Part shown: positions 47,686 through 62,109 of the stretch, in pieces
Position numbering within the stretch: position 1 is the stretch's first letter
Layout of the letters: the number at the start of each line of letters is the position of its first letter
Assembly: GCF_030028105.1 (NCBI RefSeq)
Contig: NC_092393.1
Location: 55,493,121 to 55,557,120 of the forward strand
Length of the DNA stretch: 64,000 nucleotides
Source: Mobula birostris
Taxonomy: Eukaryota
Direction of reading: 5' to 3'
Notes under the pieces: model-generated
The model's input: the letters and a program-made list of their open reading frames with translations, nothing else
Told to the model about the DNA's origin: nothing
The model's database searches: none
Translations under genes and position numbers: made by a program

Positions 47686-47806
47686 AGAATTCAACAAAAA
47701 CATCCTTTGTTTCATCGAAGGCAACTTCCTCAAAATTTTTGCCAACAAGGACCTTGACAGGTGCTTTGTTCCAGTCTTCAGGAATGTCTTGGCTCATGAG
47801 ATGAGG
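47686..47806 (-). CDS. P4HB: P4HB exon 8
   Basis: tttag|[40 protein letters not shown](Y)|gtaagt; 121 nt. Confidence 0.97.
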
Positions 47807-48355
47807 CTAAATATCAAAGGCAAAATTAGCATCTTTAACTTGACATTTCAAAACATTAAATTCAAATTTATGTACAAGCAACAGAATCTCAAAGGTCACA
47901 GAACAGATTTGGCCCATCAAGTCTGTCGAGGTAACCTCAATTCCACACCATCTTTTACCAAAGCAAATTCTCTTGGATAGTTACCTAGCACTTTAAACAC
48001 TAACTGAATCTGCCTCCACTAATACCATCACAGTTGCACAGGATCGGGAAAAAGTTGTAGAAACCAACCCAGACAGCTCCGTCGTGGGCACTAGCCTCCC
48101 CAGCATAGAGGACATCTTCCAAAGCGATATCTCAAAGGCTGCTTCCATCACTAAGGATCCCCACCACCAGGTAATACTCGTCTCATCACTACCATACAGG
48201 AGCCTAAAATATTGTTTTCTTTTAAGAACAGCTTCTTCCCCTTCACCAGATTAGTAAATGGAAAATAAACCATGTACACTACCTCTTTTTGCATTACTTA
48301 ATTCATTTTTAATATACATTTCTTACTGTAATTTGTTTTATTGTATTGCTATGTA

Positions 48356-48603
48356 GCTGGCTGGTGGCACAGTGACATCAGCGCCCGACTCCGGAGCGAA
48401 GGTTCCCGAGTTCGAATCCAGTCGGGCCGCTCCCGGGCACGCTTTCCATCCGTGCCAGGTTGAGTGTCGAGCTCGCAACTCAGCCTTGTAAAAAAAAACT
48501 GCGCTGCGAGAAAGACGTGGGGGACCACTCACAGAATCTTTCCTCCAAGACAACCACTTGAAAAGTGGTCACCGAGGCTCTGGCAGAGTATGGCACACAA
48601 AAA
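48356..48603 (+). mobile_element. tRNA-derived SINE with 11-bp TSD, inserted in a LINE 3'UTR
   Basis: A box TGGCACAGTGA, B box GAGTTCGAATCC, TSD attgctatgta (48345-48355) / attgctattta (48604-48614). Confidence 0.8.
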
Positions 48604-49868
48604 ATTGCTATTTACTGCTGCCACAACACCACAAATTTCACAACATATGCCAGTGATATTAAATCTGATTTGAGCTCATTCCACATCCGCTCCTTGACCT
48701 TTGACTCAAACCTAACTGTAGATTAACTGGTGCACATTTACTGTAACTGGTTTACAGAACTGGTGACCTCAGCACAGTGGCCTTAGAACTTTTCCTGTAG
48801 CTCTAGTCTGTGATCTGAGGTTTTGTATTCATCTTAGGGAACCTGCATCCCATGAACCATGAATACATGTCTAACTGTTGGAACACAAGGTAAACATCAC
48901 TGCGTACAAAAATCAAGCAAACTTAGCTTAAAATTGCATTTTGCAATCTTAAAACTAATTTTATCCTGGCCTCAAACTGATTTGCTTAATCTAAGCTCAA
49001 TACTGTGGATGCACACTTCCATCCAGTACAGCCCATCTCAATCTCTGCTTCCTTTGTACTTCTGTCATTTGATATCTGTTCAAAATTATCCCAAGTGCAT
49101 AATACAGTTGGTACCTTCTGCAAAGGTGTTGTGGCATCAATTCAGATTGGCACAGGACAATTCTACCAGCTCCTCCACTCCTACAATGGGGGTGGGGAGA
49201 CATCCCAGTCGTGGAGGAAACCATGCCTAGTTACAGTTGCAGCTTTAGGATACGCACAATTTTCACTCTATTAGCACCCATCCTGAACTTTTTGCCTTCT
49301 CATTTGCACAAATATAGGTTCTCCCCTGATCAAGTCAGTATGCTGGTATTTAGAACTGCTTGGAATCTGTATGTCTCAGAAATGAGGTGCCCAACAACAT
49401 GTATGTGTAACAGAACCAAGGGCAACATGCAGTTAAATGAGATCGGCCAACCCCTGCAAGTTCTAGTCCATTGAAGGCCTGTCTCTGCCTGTCCTGGGGT
49501 TAGAGGAGTGTTTGTGTGGATGAGAAGGATGGAGGGCAGTAAAGGCTTTTTTTGCCATTTTGCTGCTTGTGTTCTGTGTTGTCGACGAGCATGGTAAGCA
49601 TGCTACGTTGATACTGGAATATGGCGCATCCTTAAGTTGATGGTTAAAGCAAATCACATTCACTGCATGTTTCAATGTATGTGTAAATAAATGAATCCAC
49701 GATCTCACCAAGATACAAGTCCAGCAGGCCAGTTGTTGGTCACCCGAGGACATGCAGCCTCAATTTCTCCAAGCTCTACACTATCAACTTTCCCTTTACA
49801 CTCGGGCAAACATTTGTCATTGCAGATTCACGCAGACGAAGCTTTTTACAAATGATGAAAGGCCTCAC

Positions 49869-50069
49869 CTTCAGCTTCCCTTCCAAGAACTGGCTGCAGA
49901 AGTTTTTGACATTCTCCACTGTGACGTCTTCTGTCTCTGGCTTGTACTTGGTCATTTCCTCCTCCAGTGTGATGAGGCGAATGGCAGGACATTCCTCCTT
50001 CTTCAAGCCAAAGAACTCCAGAACCCTCTGGTTGTCTTCAACTTCGCTGTCAATGTAGATGAACAGAAC
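49869..50069 (-). CDS. P4HB: P4HB exon 7 (b' domain)
   Basis: atag|[67 protein letters not shown]|gtgagg; 201 nt. Confidence 0.97.
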
Positions 50070-51005
50070 CTATCAGGAAAGGTGAGGGGAAGGAAGTCAA
50101 TTGACCGAAGGGACAAACTGCATTTCAGCTCAAGACAGTGATTGTACACCATGCTTTCCCCCATCTAAACCTCCACTAGGATACACCAAACTTCCCACAA
50201 CCTTCTTTGATCCAAGAACCATACCTTGCCTGTCTAATATTACTTGATTGGTTTCAGTAAACCATCTATTCTTCCTGAAACATTCATTTCTGCCCAAGTT
50301 TGGGGTCTGAATGGTCAATGTTCCCACTGTAGGCCAACTCAAATTTGTACTAAAACCACATGAACATCTACACCTACACCAAATGTCCCTCACTTGGGGT
50401 CCATGGCATAAAGGTTGGGAACCCCCGCTCTACACCATGCAAGAATCACTGACTACCAGGACCCGACAAAATTTGCTGACTTATTCAATACAGCCCAAAA
50501 CTATGTGCACACCCAGATATGAAAAGGCATCTCATTCTTAAGCTGGCACACTCTAAAGAATAACCATTGTAGATTCATCCAGCCAACATAAACAGAAATC
50601 ATAATATGACTAACTTCAAATACCTGATTCATATAACAAGGGAATACAAATCTAATACAAAAGCCAGTTTCTATAACTATAGGATTTGGCAGTCAAATTG
50701 AAAATTTCCATAATGCTCCGTACAACTAAGATTTCCACTTGTTCACCAAAACTTGTGTCTCAAAATGGTAGGAATACAATTTGTACCCAGGCACTTGTAC
50801 CCAGATGCACTAACATTTAGAACAGGCTCTCAGAACCAGAGTGAACAACAACTTCATGCCGACTCCAGATAAGTAAACACAATAAATCTGACTGGAGTAC
50901 CTGTTCCAAATGCGAAGCCATGCGTTGAAAGCTTCCTTTAAGGCTGGCATCTTAAGGCACTGGTAGACTTTCTCCCAGTTGGACAAAGATCACTGGCATA
51001 CTTAC

Positions 51006-51131
51006 ATTCCCCTTGAAGTTTCCTGCTGCACTCCTGAAGTTGCTCAATTTGTCCTCAAAGGTGGGCGAGCTCTTGGGGACGAACAGCAGCATGTGGGTTT
51101 TGATATCACCACCAAAGATCTTTGGGGCAGA
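51006..51131 (-). CDS. P4HB: P4HB exon 6
   Basis: gcag|[42 protein letters not shown]|gtaagt; 126 nt. Confidence 0.97.
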
Positions 51132-52528
51132 CTGCAAAAGAACCCAGAGCAGTCTATAGTCAGTATTGAAAAATTTTCCCACAGGAACATGTCAACCACC
51201 ACTCATACTTCAGTTCCCCTGTGAACCAGCAGATTCTGGATATACCCAATTCAACCTCATTTAATTAGGTATCTATTATTAAATTGATCTTAGAATAGAT
51301 TAAACAGTCGACACGACATTGAGACGTGTACTGTGCCATACTATCTTACACACTCACGTGCTCCAAAGACCAGCTCCTGCAAGGCCAATATACAGAAAGA
51401 ACTGACCCACTGGCCACAGGAAACCCTCCACTACCTGTTTTCCCACACAAATTTCAAGTGTTCCAAAGTCCACCAATCTGAGCTTTCAAATACTCAACAT
51501 TCAGGGTGCCCAGAAGCAACAATTTTAACAGTGCGGTATGAGTCCGCATCTCTAAACAGGCAACCACTTAACCCTGAGCTCAAGACATTGAGGAACGCAC
51601 ATATTCCAAATATTTCAGTCTTTCAAAGGAAAAATAAAACCAAATGTTCATGGGATGTGGATCTCACTGGCAATGACAGTAATTACTGCCCATCTAATAG
51701 TCCCAAGTTCCAGACTTGCACTCTACACTAGGTAAATGGAAGATCTCCTTCCGTCAATGACATTTGCAAACCAGGTTATTCAGCATAAGGCAGGCCCTTC
51801 AGCCAACTTTGTCATGCCAACCAAGCTGCCTACTGAGCTGGTCCCATTTAACTGCATTTAGTCCACATTCCTCTAAATCTGGGGTCCATGGGCCCCTTGC
51901 TTAATGGTATCGGTCCATGACATAGAAGAAATTGGGAACACCTGCCCAAATGTCTTGTACATTGTACCCATCCCTTTCTATTCAGAGCCATCACACAAAT
52001 CACTGTCTAATAGATATTGCTTTTAGGCCAACTATAAACACAAGACTACATGTACATTTGGACTGAAAATGCTGCCAGTGGTGAGCACAACTAGGGTTCC
52101 TTGAAAGTGGCAACAGGTAGACAGGGTGGTGAAGATGTTTAGCACACTTCAGTCACGATGTTGAATACTTAAGTTGTGGCCATGTTAATCCATGCCAGTG
52201 AATCAGTGGTACAAAGTTCTAACTTAGCCAGGTCATCACTGCACCCCTGCCTTTAACATACCAAAAGGCCCAATGGCTAGAATCAGTCTTCACACAACCC
52301 TGCCCTTATAACCACAAACTCATATTGAATAAAAAGCAGCATCTATCAAGACACCGGAATGTGTGGCGTCACTTGTGAGCTGCCCCAGCACATCCATTGG
52401 TTATGCAAACACGCATTTCACTGTTTTGAAGTAAATGTGATAAATAAACAATATCTTCATTCCGTCTTTAATGGCTCAGCTCAGTGTCAGGATTATGGTT
52501 TGAGAAACAGTTCAGTCCATCTGCCTAC

Positions 52529-52633
52529 CTGCTCAGTGAACTCAATAACCAGAGGCAGCTGGTTGCTTTTGATAAATTCCACCAGACCATCTTTAGTAAT
52601 CTCTCCATCGTAGACATTACGGCCTTCATCGAA
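52529..52633 (-). CDS. P4HB: P4HB exon 5
   Basis: ttcag|[35 protein letters not shown]|gtaggc; 105 nt. Confidence 0.97.
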
Positions 52634-55600
52634 CTGAAAGAGAAATAACAATTTAAATAACACCCACCTAAACATCTGGCAATGTACTCAAAGAGCAGTC
52701 GTTTTCCTCAATGACAGGGTTTCAGCTGTAAAACTACACTGGAGACCAGTCACCTCCTTGCAATAGAGATCTGAGAGAGGTTAAACAGAGCAGCTTCCAA
52801 AGACTGAATATGCCCCACTGAATAAACAGGCAAAAGCAAAAAGCACAGTTCAAAATATCAGTGTAATAATCTCAAACTTTATGTAGTGGAAGCTGAGTTC
52901 TCAAACTGAATGAAGTTTTAGAATAATTTACAGGGCTCGAAGAAAACCATCACTGTAGCGTAGCAGTTAACGCGACACTAGTACAGCTTGGGGCGCAGCT
53001 TGGAGTTCAATCCTGGAGGGTCTATAGGGAGCTTGTACATTGTCCCTGCAACTCCGCAAGTTTCCTCCAGGTGCTCCGGTTTCCATCCATAGTCCAAAAG
53101 ATGTACAGATTAGGAGGTTGACTGGTCATTGTAAATTGTCCTGTGATTAGACTAGGGTTAAATAGGTGGGTTGCTGGGTGGTGTAGCTCATTAGGCTGGA
53201 AGGGCCTGTTCAATACTCTAAATTAAACAAACAAGACCAATTCATAGTGATTTACAAGAAACAGGCATGGACTTAAAGGCAAACTGCCATACCAACTCCA
53301 CCTTACTTTCTGCAAATACCAGTACCAATTCCAGTGTGGATATTAGGTCAAGAGAACTGAAAATCTCAAGATTAAGAATGGAGTTTGCATTACCAAAATT
53401 CCTACTGGCTTTAAAAAGCCAAATTTTAATCTGGAGGCTGAAATACTACCTGCAGTTGGTACAACATTTATTGCTTTCTTCCCCCTCCTCTGCAACCCAC
53501 ACCCATTACACACACCAACTTTAAACCTGCCCACAAAGTACGGCACGTGAATATGCAGTCACTGGTAACTAAGATACAAGTTCTCCCAGTCACCAGTGAT
53601 CAAGGTATCACTACCCAGGAGTATATGGAGGCACTGAAACTGTTCATAACAGGGGAAACCAGATACCAATTCCTCTCATCTCTGCACGATGGCCTCCTAA
53701 TTCAAAGGAAATAGGGATTCACAAGTGATTTCACACAAAAGCCAACAACCAAAGTTCTTGCAGGCAAGGTCAAAAATCTGACAAATACAAGTTGGTTATT
53801 AATAAATCCTACAGGGAATTATAGAGAAACAATGTGGAGATTACTGGAAGTAGGTACGGTCAACATCAGAGCTAAATAAACACAAGAGGATGTGTCCACA
53901 GGATCATATTAAGGACAGGGGACAGGTGGAGCATACAAATCAGCATGACTGTGGGGAGAGAAGACTATTAACCATCTTTATTACAATACAACCCGCAGCT
54001 GTTGACAATTAGAGCTACTAAGCCTCTCCTGGGATCACTTCAGGAATCTTTCCAAATTACTTCTACTTGGGGTAGGTGTAGTGAGAAGTTGTGGGGGAAT
54101 GAGGGAGAGGACCCCTGACCCAAATAAGTGCTAACACTTCTGCAGGCTTCTCACACATCCTGCTTCAGGACAAGAGCGAGCAATTACAGATCATACCATA
54201 CACTTCAGCATTGACAAAAGGCTTGAACCCTGAACCAGATACAAATGTGCAGAACATTCACGATGGCTACTAGTAGCCCAAGTTTAAACTGAAGGGATTT
54301 CTGCAAAAACAAAGTGATGTACATTTTCTCAGGTATGGTATATTATGCCATGAAGTAACTAACTTCCTCATTTAATATACACTCAATAGCCACTATGAGG
54401 CAACTCCCATACCCAGTGTCCACTGGGCACATCCGCTTCAATGTTTGACATGTTGTGCATTCAGAGATGCTCTTCCACACACCAGTGTTGTAATGCATGG
54501 TTATTCAGGTTACCGTCACCTCACTGTCAGTTTGAACCAGTCTTGCCATTTTGCTCTGACCTCTCACTACAAGGCAATTTCACCCACAGACTGCAGCTCA
54601 CTGGGTATATTTTGTTATTCACACTGTTCTCTTAACTTTAGAGACTGTTGCACATGAAAATACTAGGAGCAGCAGTTTGAGATACTCAAACCATCCAGCC
54701 TGACACCAGTCAAAGTCAGATACCCGCCCCCCCCCACCCCAATTCTGATGTTTGGTCTGAACAACTAAACCTCTTGACCACATCTGTATGCTTTTATGGA
54801 CTGAAATGCCACATGACTGGCTGATCAGCTATCTGCATTAACGAGCAGTTGTACCTAATAAAGTGGCTGTGGTCTAATCACTCATGGAACCTAAACACTA
54901 TACCCATTAAAAACTAACAGCATTCTAACTACAGAACTCAAGTAGGCTCAGGCTCTCCAGTTACGAAGGGAAGTTAAGCAGATCAACACATCCCTGCAGG
55001 ACATCAAGCCACAATAAAGGTGAAAATCCATAAGGAGGCACACAATTATTCTCCACTAGATTTAGCACCAGTGATTGAGACAGCACAAGCTCCACTGGAG
55101 CTCTAAAAATAAACATTCAACATTGGCCCTTCACATGTTCTGCAATTAGCATGTGTAAAGCACTCCAGCTATTTTTCCCAGGAATGGCTCAAGGACAAAA
55201 CCCAGTGCTGGATTGGCAAACAAACCCCGGTGAACCACAGGTAGCACAACCATAGTGGCATAGGTACACTGTTTCAAAAGGAAGACATCATGCCTCAAGT
55301 TGAAGTTTTCACTGAAGTTTTGTAAATGGCCTAATAAAACACGGCGCAATGACGAATCCCAAAACTATGGCTGTGCACTCCATTACATCAGATTGCACTG
55401 TGGGGTTCATAGCAATCAAACTGGTTCTGAAGGTTCTAGATTTTTTATACCTAGAAATAAATCAGAGAGTCAAACAGATTCAAAGCTCTGGGAATAGGTA
55501 CTGACTTCACAATACACATTTCTTCCTTTCCACACTATTGCAATACTGCCAACTGGCAAGTGATTAACATGATTATGGCAGAAAGTTCTAAAACAGAGGG

Positions 55601-58600
55601 CAGGCAGGGGATTGGGACTACATTACCCAGCCACTGCTTGTATTGAAGACGAACACAGCAATACACTCTGGAAGTAAATCACCAAAGCTCACCACTAATT
55701 GCCCTGAAGCAAGTTGCAATTAGCAGCAACTGTATTAGTCAATGCTCAATTAGCCACACCAGCCAGAACCATTTCAGCTCCCATGGAAAAGATCTCATCA
55801 GGAGGAGACAACAAAAAGGCAGATGCCACAGGTTAAACTTGGCCAGCTCCAACTATTAAATTTACAAGTAACCTAACCTTGATATTGAATTCAGGAACTC
55901 TTTTAAATAAGCAAAACTCAGAAAGAGACTTAATTTTTTCTAATATCCTCCACCCAACCAATTTAACTTAATGCCTTTATCTTAAAACTGAGCCTACTAC
56001 AGCAGTACCACCGCAGTTGATGTTTCCATTATTACTTGTTCCATACTTACTCATTTTGTTAAAGTCAAGGTCACTTTCCCCATCAAGTCTATGTTAACGC
56101 AAAGCATAGAACCCACCCTCAATCCAATACTGTATTCCCTCATGCTCATCAATTTGCTTCACCAGCTACCTCTGAGATCAGATAGGTTTCAGGAGCACTG
56201 TATGCAGGGCCCTTGGCATTCTCAGCGATCACTCCCATACATCCCAGAATCTCTTTTGACCCCCTACTGTAGGATTAGGATACAGACTGTTAGGATGGGA
56301 ACAGCTTTCTCCCCCAGGGCCATAAGACTACCGAACTCCCTGTCACTACCCAGGTCTCATCATGCATGAAGCACCATTAGTGCTATACTGTTTACTTTTT
56401 AAACTTGTTGCAAGTTAACTTTACTGTTTGTTAATTTATTTACGGTAATAATACTGTGTTGTGTGTGTGTGTTATACACTGCATTGTGCACCTCGGTCCA
56501 GAGGAACGTTGGTTTGCTTGGTAGCACATGTACAACTGAACGACAACAAGCCTGAACCTAGAGGACACTCTGCAGCAGCTAATCAATAGGTAAGTGGAAC
56601 ATGAGAGGAAACCAAAGTACTTTGGAGGGAGTGACAAGCTCCATGGAGCACCATCAGGGGTTAAACCCAGGATGCTGGTAGTGTCCTGCAGCAGCATTAA
56701 TGCTGTGATACCGTGCCACAAAAATATTTCAACAGCACAAAAGGGATCCGAATACACACAAGGACACTCAGGATTAGAAGATTAACCTCAGCAGAATGCA
56801 TAGTACCATGGGTTTCTGTACTGAGGATCTTGCATGCTTCCCCCTACAATCACAGGGCCACCTAGAACAGTGACGTGTTCATGCAGCAGGAGTAAATGAG
56901 ACCTATATGCACAGAACCATGTACCATTGCATTTTTGGAGAAAATTTCAGAAATTTGTATCACTGATAATTAAATATTATCTACTATCCAATCATGATGA
57001 CATCACTGTGAAATGCATAAAGTTTGAAAGGGCCATCACATTTAGAACTTCGGACAAGTGATGGGTTCAAAAGCTGAGCAGTTTAAAAAGTGCACTTGCA
57101 TGCAAATATGACACTTCTAAAGACTCTTCTACTTTGCTCCAATCAAAAACACAGGAAGGGGTGGGATACCAGCAATGGAAACCTTGTTTGTCATTTCCTC
57201 ACTGCCATCAGTCAGCTCAGTGTTCAATTACTGCCACCTGCTGGTGACTGCTTCCAACCAAATCCCACATTCGTAGCTGCACATTGTATTCAGCATCTTC
57301 GCTGGGAGGGATCGGAGGCTTATGACCAAGTTATCTTGGCTTCTAGGTCACATTCCAAACATTAGTTCATTTCAAAGAATGAACCAAAAGTTCTGAATTA
57401 TTCATACTTCAAGTGTGTTTAGTTCTAAACCAGTGATCAGGCCAGTAAATGTAAATATGCTACATCAATAAATTAAGACTAAGCATGGACTTCTATAATC
57501 ACCCTTTCACCCACTGCACTGTCAGTAAAGGCATGGACTTCAAAATTAGTGAAAACACTTGGGAAGGATATTTGCTTCCAATGCTGATTTGAGGAATGCA
57601 CCTCAACCTGCTTCAACCTATTCCAGTAAAAGTTAGAGAAGGGAGGTCACATTACCTCCTGTCATGTATTTGTCTCATTCCTGACATATACCTTTGCTCC
57701 AAATCCTTCTATAATGGACTACCAACATATCTGTGAAGTGTTTGGCGTAATTCTCACTATTGCTAAATCCCATATCCTGATAAAGGAATCTCAAAGTACA
57801 GTAATACCAGTTCTGCTTCAATGGCCAGTTACCAAGCCGTAAGAAATTGCCACCAGTTCATAGATTTAGAATTCAAAAACATCAGCTTAGAAGTGTATTT
57901 GGACCGATGGGGTACAGTGACATTTTGGCATAAAAATTCCCACTAAGGAATCCCTAATATGCATTTTCAGCTGAATAGTTTGGTTTGGCAAACCTGAATA
58001 CCGCTGATTGTTTTAAGCTGCAAAATGCCATTCCATCACCCCCCCGCCCCCTTACCGCCAACTAGTGGCAATCAGGTCAGAGTGAACTGGGCAGCGCAGT
58101 AGCACAGCTGCTAGCGTAACGTTATTACAGCACTAGCGACCACTGGTTCAATTCCCACCACTGTCTCTAAGGAGTTTGCAGTTCCCCCATGACCTTGGTT
58201 TCCTCCCACATGCCAAAGATGTATGGTTAGGGTTAGTGAGTTGTGGGCATGCTATCTTGCCACCGGAAACATGGCAACACTTGCTGACAGCCCCAAGCAC
58301 ATCCTTGGACTGCGTTGGTCATTGACACAAAGAATGCATTTCACTGACCATTTTAATGTTTTGGTGTACATGTGACAAGGTAATTTTAATGTTCTTAAAT
58401 CTGTTGGAGGCAGTTAAGAGTGATTAGCTGATTTAGTCAACAGATTAACTGGTCACATGGGTGTAATTGGTAGCGCAGACTCATTGGGACAGAAGGGCCA
58501 GTTACCATGCTGCATCTCTAAAATAAAAATAAGCTGGGTTCAAAATATTCAGGATTCAAAGCTGCCAACAGAAACCAACTTGGATACAAGCCAAGTCAAA

Positions 58601-58643
58601 ACTAAAGCTACAGTCCCACCCCATTTGATCAAATGCCTTTTAC

Positions 58644-58781
58644 CTTCTTGAAGAGGATAACTCCATCCTCCTTCATATCATACTTGGTAAAGATGTCAGC
58701 ACTGGAAGTGATTCCAAGCGGCACCTCGTCAATGGCCTCTGCAGCCTGAAGAAATGTTTTGGCATCATTCCCTTCCAAATC
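58644..58781 (-). CDS. P4HB: P4HB exon 4
   Basis: ttgcag|[46 protein letters not shown]|gtaaaa; 138 nt. Confidence 0.97.
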
Positions 58782-61700
58782 CTGCAAAAAGAGATGGCTT
58801 TGTCAGACAATTACACCCTACACAAATCATACAAATGGTACAGAATAAGTTTGTTCCAATTAAAGTGAGAAGGGAATGGTTTCACATTCTACAGCAGTAG
58901 CCAGGAGTCACATTAAACAGACTGCGCTTTTAACAGGTTTGAGTAAAATCAGTCTGCCAATGCAAACTTCAATTAGCACTGCCACCATCTAGCTGAGAAC
59001 AATTACACACCCACATGGTTACAGCTGTTCACACAACAGTCAGAGCCGAAAGCAAATTGCAAACATGAATACAACAGCAATCCCAGAAAAATAACAGAAG
59101 TCGTTTCTGCAACAGACAGAAATTTACTCCAGAATCAGGTTTATTTTCACTGACACATGATTAATTTGTTTTGCAGCAGCAGTACAAGACAACTAGTGGC
59201 AAGGGAGAGAGAAGTGCAGCAGACTAGAATGGGGCTAGCACCTCCCAGTGCTGCTCTCCAGTGTTCGTTCAGTAGACAACTGGATTGTATTTGTCTACAG
59301 GAACTGCTACGTACTTATTCTTGCAGAAATGCAGCTTCAGGACAACATCCCATCCACCAATCTTCAGGCCATTTCACTCAGGGACTTGGACTGTTTTTGT
59401 AACCTTTATTTCTATTATCTTAATTATGTGCTATGTGTTGAGCTGTATGTAGTTGTCGGCATTGTTTTGCACCTTGGCCCCGGAAGAACATTTTCATTTG
59501 GCCTTATACATGTGCCTGGTTGAATGACAATTAACTATAGGTATGGTCAAATGTGTAGCAGGCGTTCAGAAGTCTCACAGCTTGGGCAAGAAGCCATTAG
59601 CCACCCTAACAGCCCTTGTTTTTATATTGTTGTACCTTCTGCCTGACAGCTGGAGATACCACAGTCCGAAGATTGTGGGACAGATGGGAGGAGTTCTTGA
59701 CAAGGGGAATGTTCAGTGAATGCAGCACTTTTTATACATGTTCTAGATGGGACATGTGTGTTGGACTAAATCTGATGTCAGAGAAGCTCTCCTATACTGT
59801 TGAGTTTGGATCTTCAGTCTCCTATACTTTCTTCTTCATGGTGGTGATATAGAGGATGTTCCAGATGGTGAGCATCCTTAATGATGGATGCCGTATTCTT
59901 GAAGCAGCTCTTCTTGAAGATGTCCTCAATAGTGGGGGAAAGCTGTGCACCTGACAACTGGCCAAGTCTATAATCTTATTATCGTGTGCACTGATTGTGG
60001 CCAGGTTATGACACTAGTCAAAAGGCTCTATACCATAGAGCTGCAAGTCTTTGGTGGCATACCAAAACTCAAACTCTTAAGCAGAGCCAACTTGTGTGCC
60101 CTCACCATGATTGCATCAACACCTTGGGCCTCAAAATAGATCCAGTGAGACGTTGACACCCAGGATACATTAATGCAGAAACCCAGAGCACCAAGCCAAT
60201 TTCTAATTTGCTGACAAGCAGAAGCCAACATATTCTAACCAGGTCAGTTATATACAGATAAACAAGTCCTTCAGCCCACTCAGTCCACAGGCTAATGTAG
60301 GAGATGCTACTTCCACCACACACCTGCCCCCAATCCCAAGAGGAAGAATGAACTCCGGAGGTCATTAGAAAACAAAGGGAGAACATAGTCATGAGAACTG
60401 CATTGTGGACTAATTTTTTTTTGGGAAGTTTACGATAAAAGAGCCAAGGGATCCAATTTAATCAGTCAGACTCCATTGGGCCCGCCTCATTGGACTCTTT
60501 GCTAGAGAAAAGCTGATCTCAAACCACAAGCCCACAGTAGCTCGACACTATTACAGGTCAGGGCGTTCAGAATTCAATTCTGGCACCATCTGTAAGGAGT
60601 TTGTACGTTCTCCCTGTGAATGCATGGGTTTCCTCCGGGTGCTCCGGTTTCCTTCTGCAGTCCAAAGGCATTACGATTAGTGATTAATTGGTCAAATTAT
60701 TCTGTAACTAGACCAGTGTTAAATAGGTGGGTTGCTGGGCAGTGTAACTCATTGGGCTGAAAGACTCCATTCCGTGCTGTTTCTCCAAATAAACCTGTGA
60801 AGATCCAATAATTACCAACTTTCCTACCAAGGACAACAATTGCCCATCTACATTTCAAACTCAGCAGCACAGCAAGCTTTGGGATTAATGCGTGTGTCCT
60901 CAATCAGAATCCATATCACACTCATTACCTGTAGGAATGATGCCTAGTTCCCATTATGCACAGAAATCAAGCAGCCAACTGGGACATTGTTGTTTTTTTT
61001 TTAAAAAAGAAAGACTCAGATCAGTTTGCTGAACATTCTAATTGGAAGCCAATTGCAAACTATTCCAAAGGGAATTTTGGCAAAGTGGTAAAAATATCAA
61101 AAAACCATTCCCGCTTGTCACGAATGATGTTCAAACCTTTATCAAAAGGTGAAAGTGCAGAAGATTTTAGGATGTTGGCAGACTAGAGGGCCTGAGTCAC
61201 AAGGAGAATTTGGCCAGGCTAGGGACTTCATTCCTTGAAACATAGGAGAAAGAGGGACAACCTTATAAAAATGTTTAAGTTATGATAGGCTTAGGGTGGA
61301 CGGTAACAGTCTTCACCCTCCTTCCCACCCCCAGGATAGAGTCAATTTAGGGCAAGCAAAAAGATTTAAGAGCAACAAGTGGTAACATTTTCCACTCAGG
61401 TGGTGAGTGCAGAATGAGCTGCCGGAAGTAGCTGAGCCAGGTACAATAGTACCATTTAAGAAGAACATGACCAGGTACAGAGGGGTGGGTTTTAGAGGAA
61501 TATGGGCCAAATGCAGGAAATTGGGCACTGTGGTCAGCATAGACTTGATGGGCTGAAGGACCTGTAGCTGTGCTATACTGGTCTATGGCTCATTGTATTC
61601 TACCTCTAAGACTTCAAATGGCAAGATTAGAAACATTGACAAAATGGAAACAATACCAGTCCAATTCTACGCAATTCTCAATGGTAAATAGCAGTTCACC

Positions 61701-61975
61701 CTGCTGAGTTCAGTATACCCAGCAGTCCATTCGCCCCACAGACAATATTCAGCCCCAAATAAAAAACAGCAAAGTACAAAATGTAATTTGCAGTTTCTAA
61801 AAAAACTACTCAACACATGGCAGGTTAACATACACCGACCGGGTCTGCTGTACAGTACACAGACAGGTAGCTAGTAACAGTATAGCTCCCTTACCCGGAT
61901 TATTTAGTGCTCTCACTGTGGCAGAGCTGCATTAGCTTGTCCATGTTTCACACATCTTGAAGCAATAATTAGTAC

Positions 61976-62109
61976 CTTGAAAAATCCTATGACAACCACG
62001 TCAGAGGAGTCTACCAGCTTGTCAGCAGCATCTGCCTCAGTGATGGTGTCAGCTGCAGGTCCAGTGCGTTTCTTCAGCCAGTTCACAATATCTTCATGCT
62101 GTCTTCCAG
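61976..62109 (-). CDS. P4HB: P4HB exon 3 (exons 1-2 lie beyond the window)
   Basis: ttttag|(A)[44 protein letters not shown]|gtact; 134 nt. Confidence 0.96.

Noticed and set aside
49752-50141. 129-aa plus-strand ORF
   Set aside because: Antisense to P4HB exon 7.
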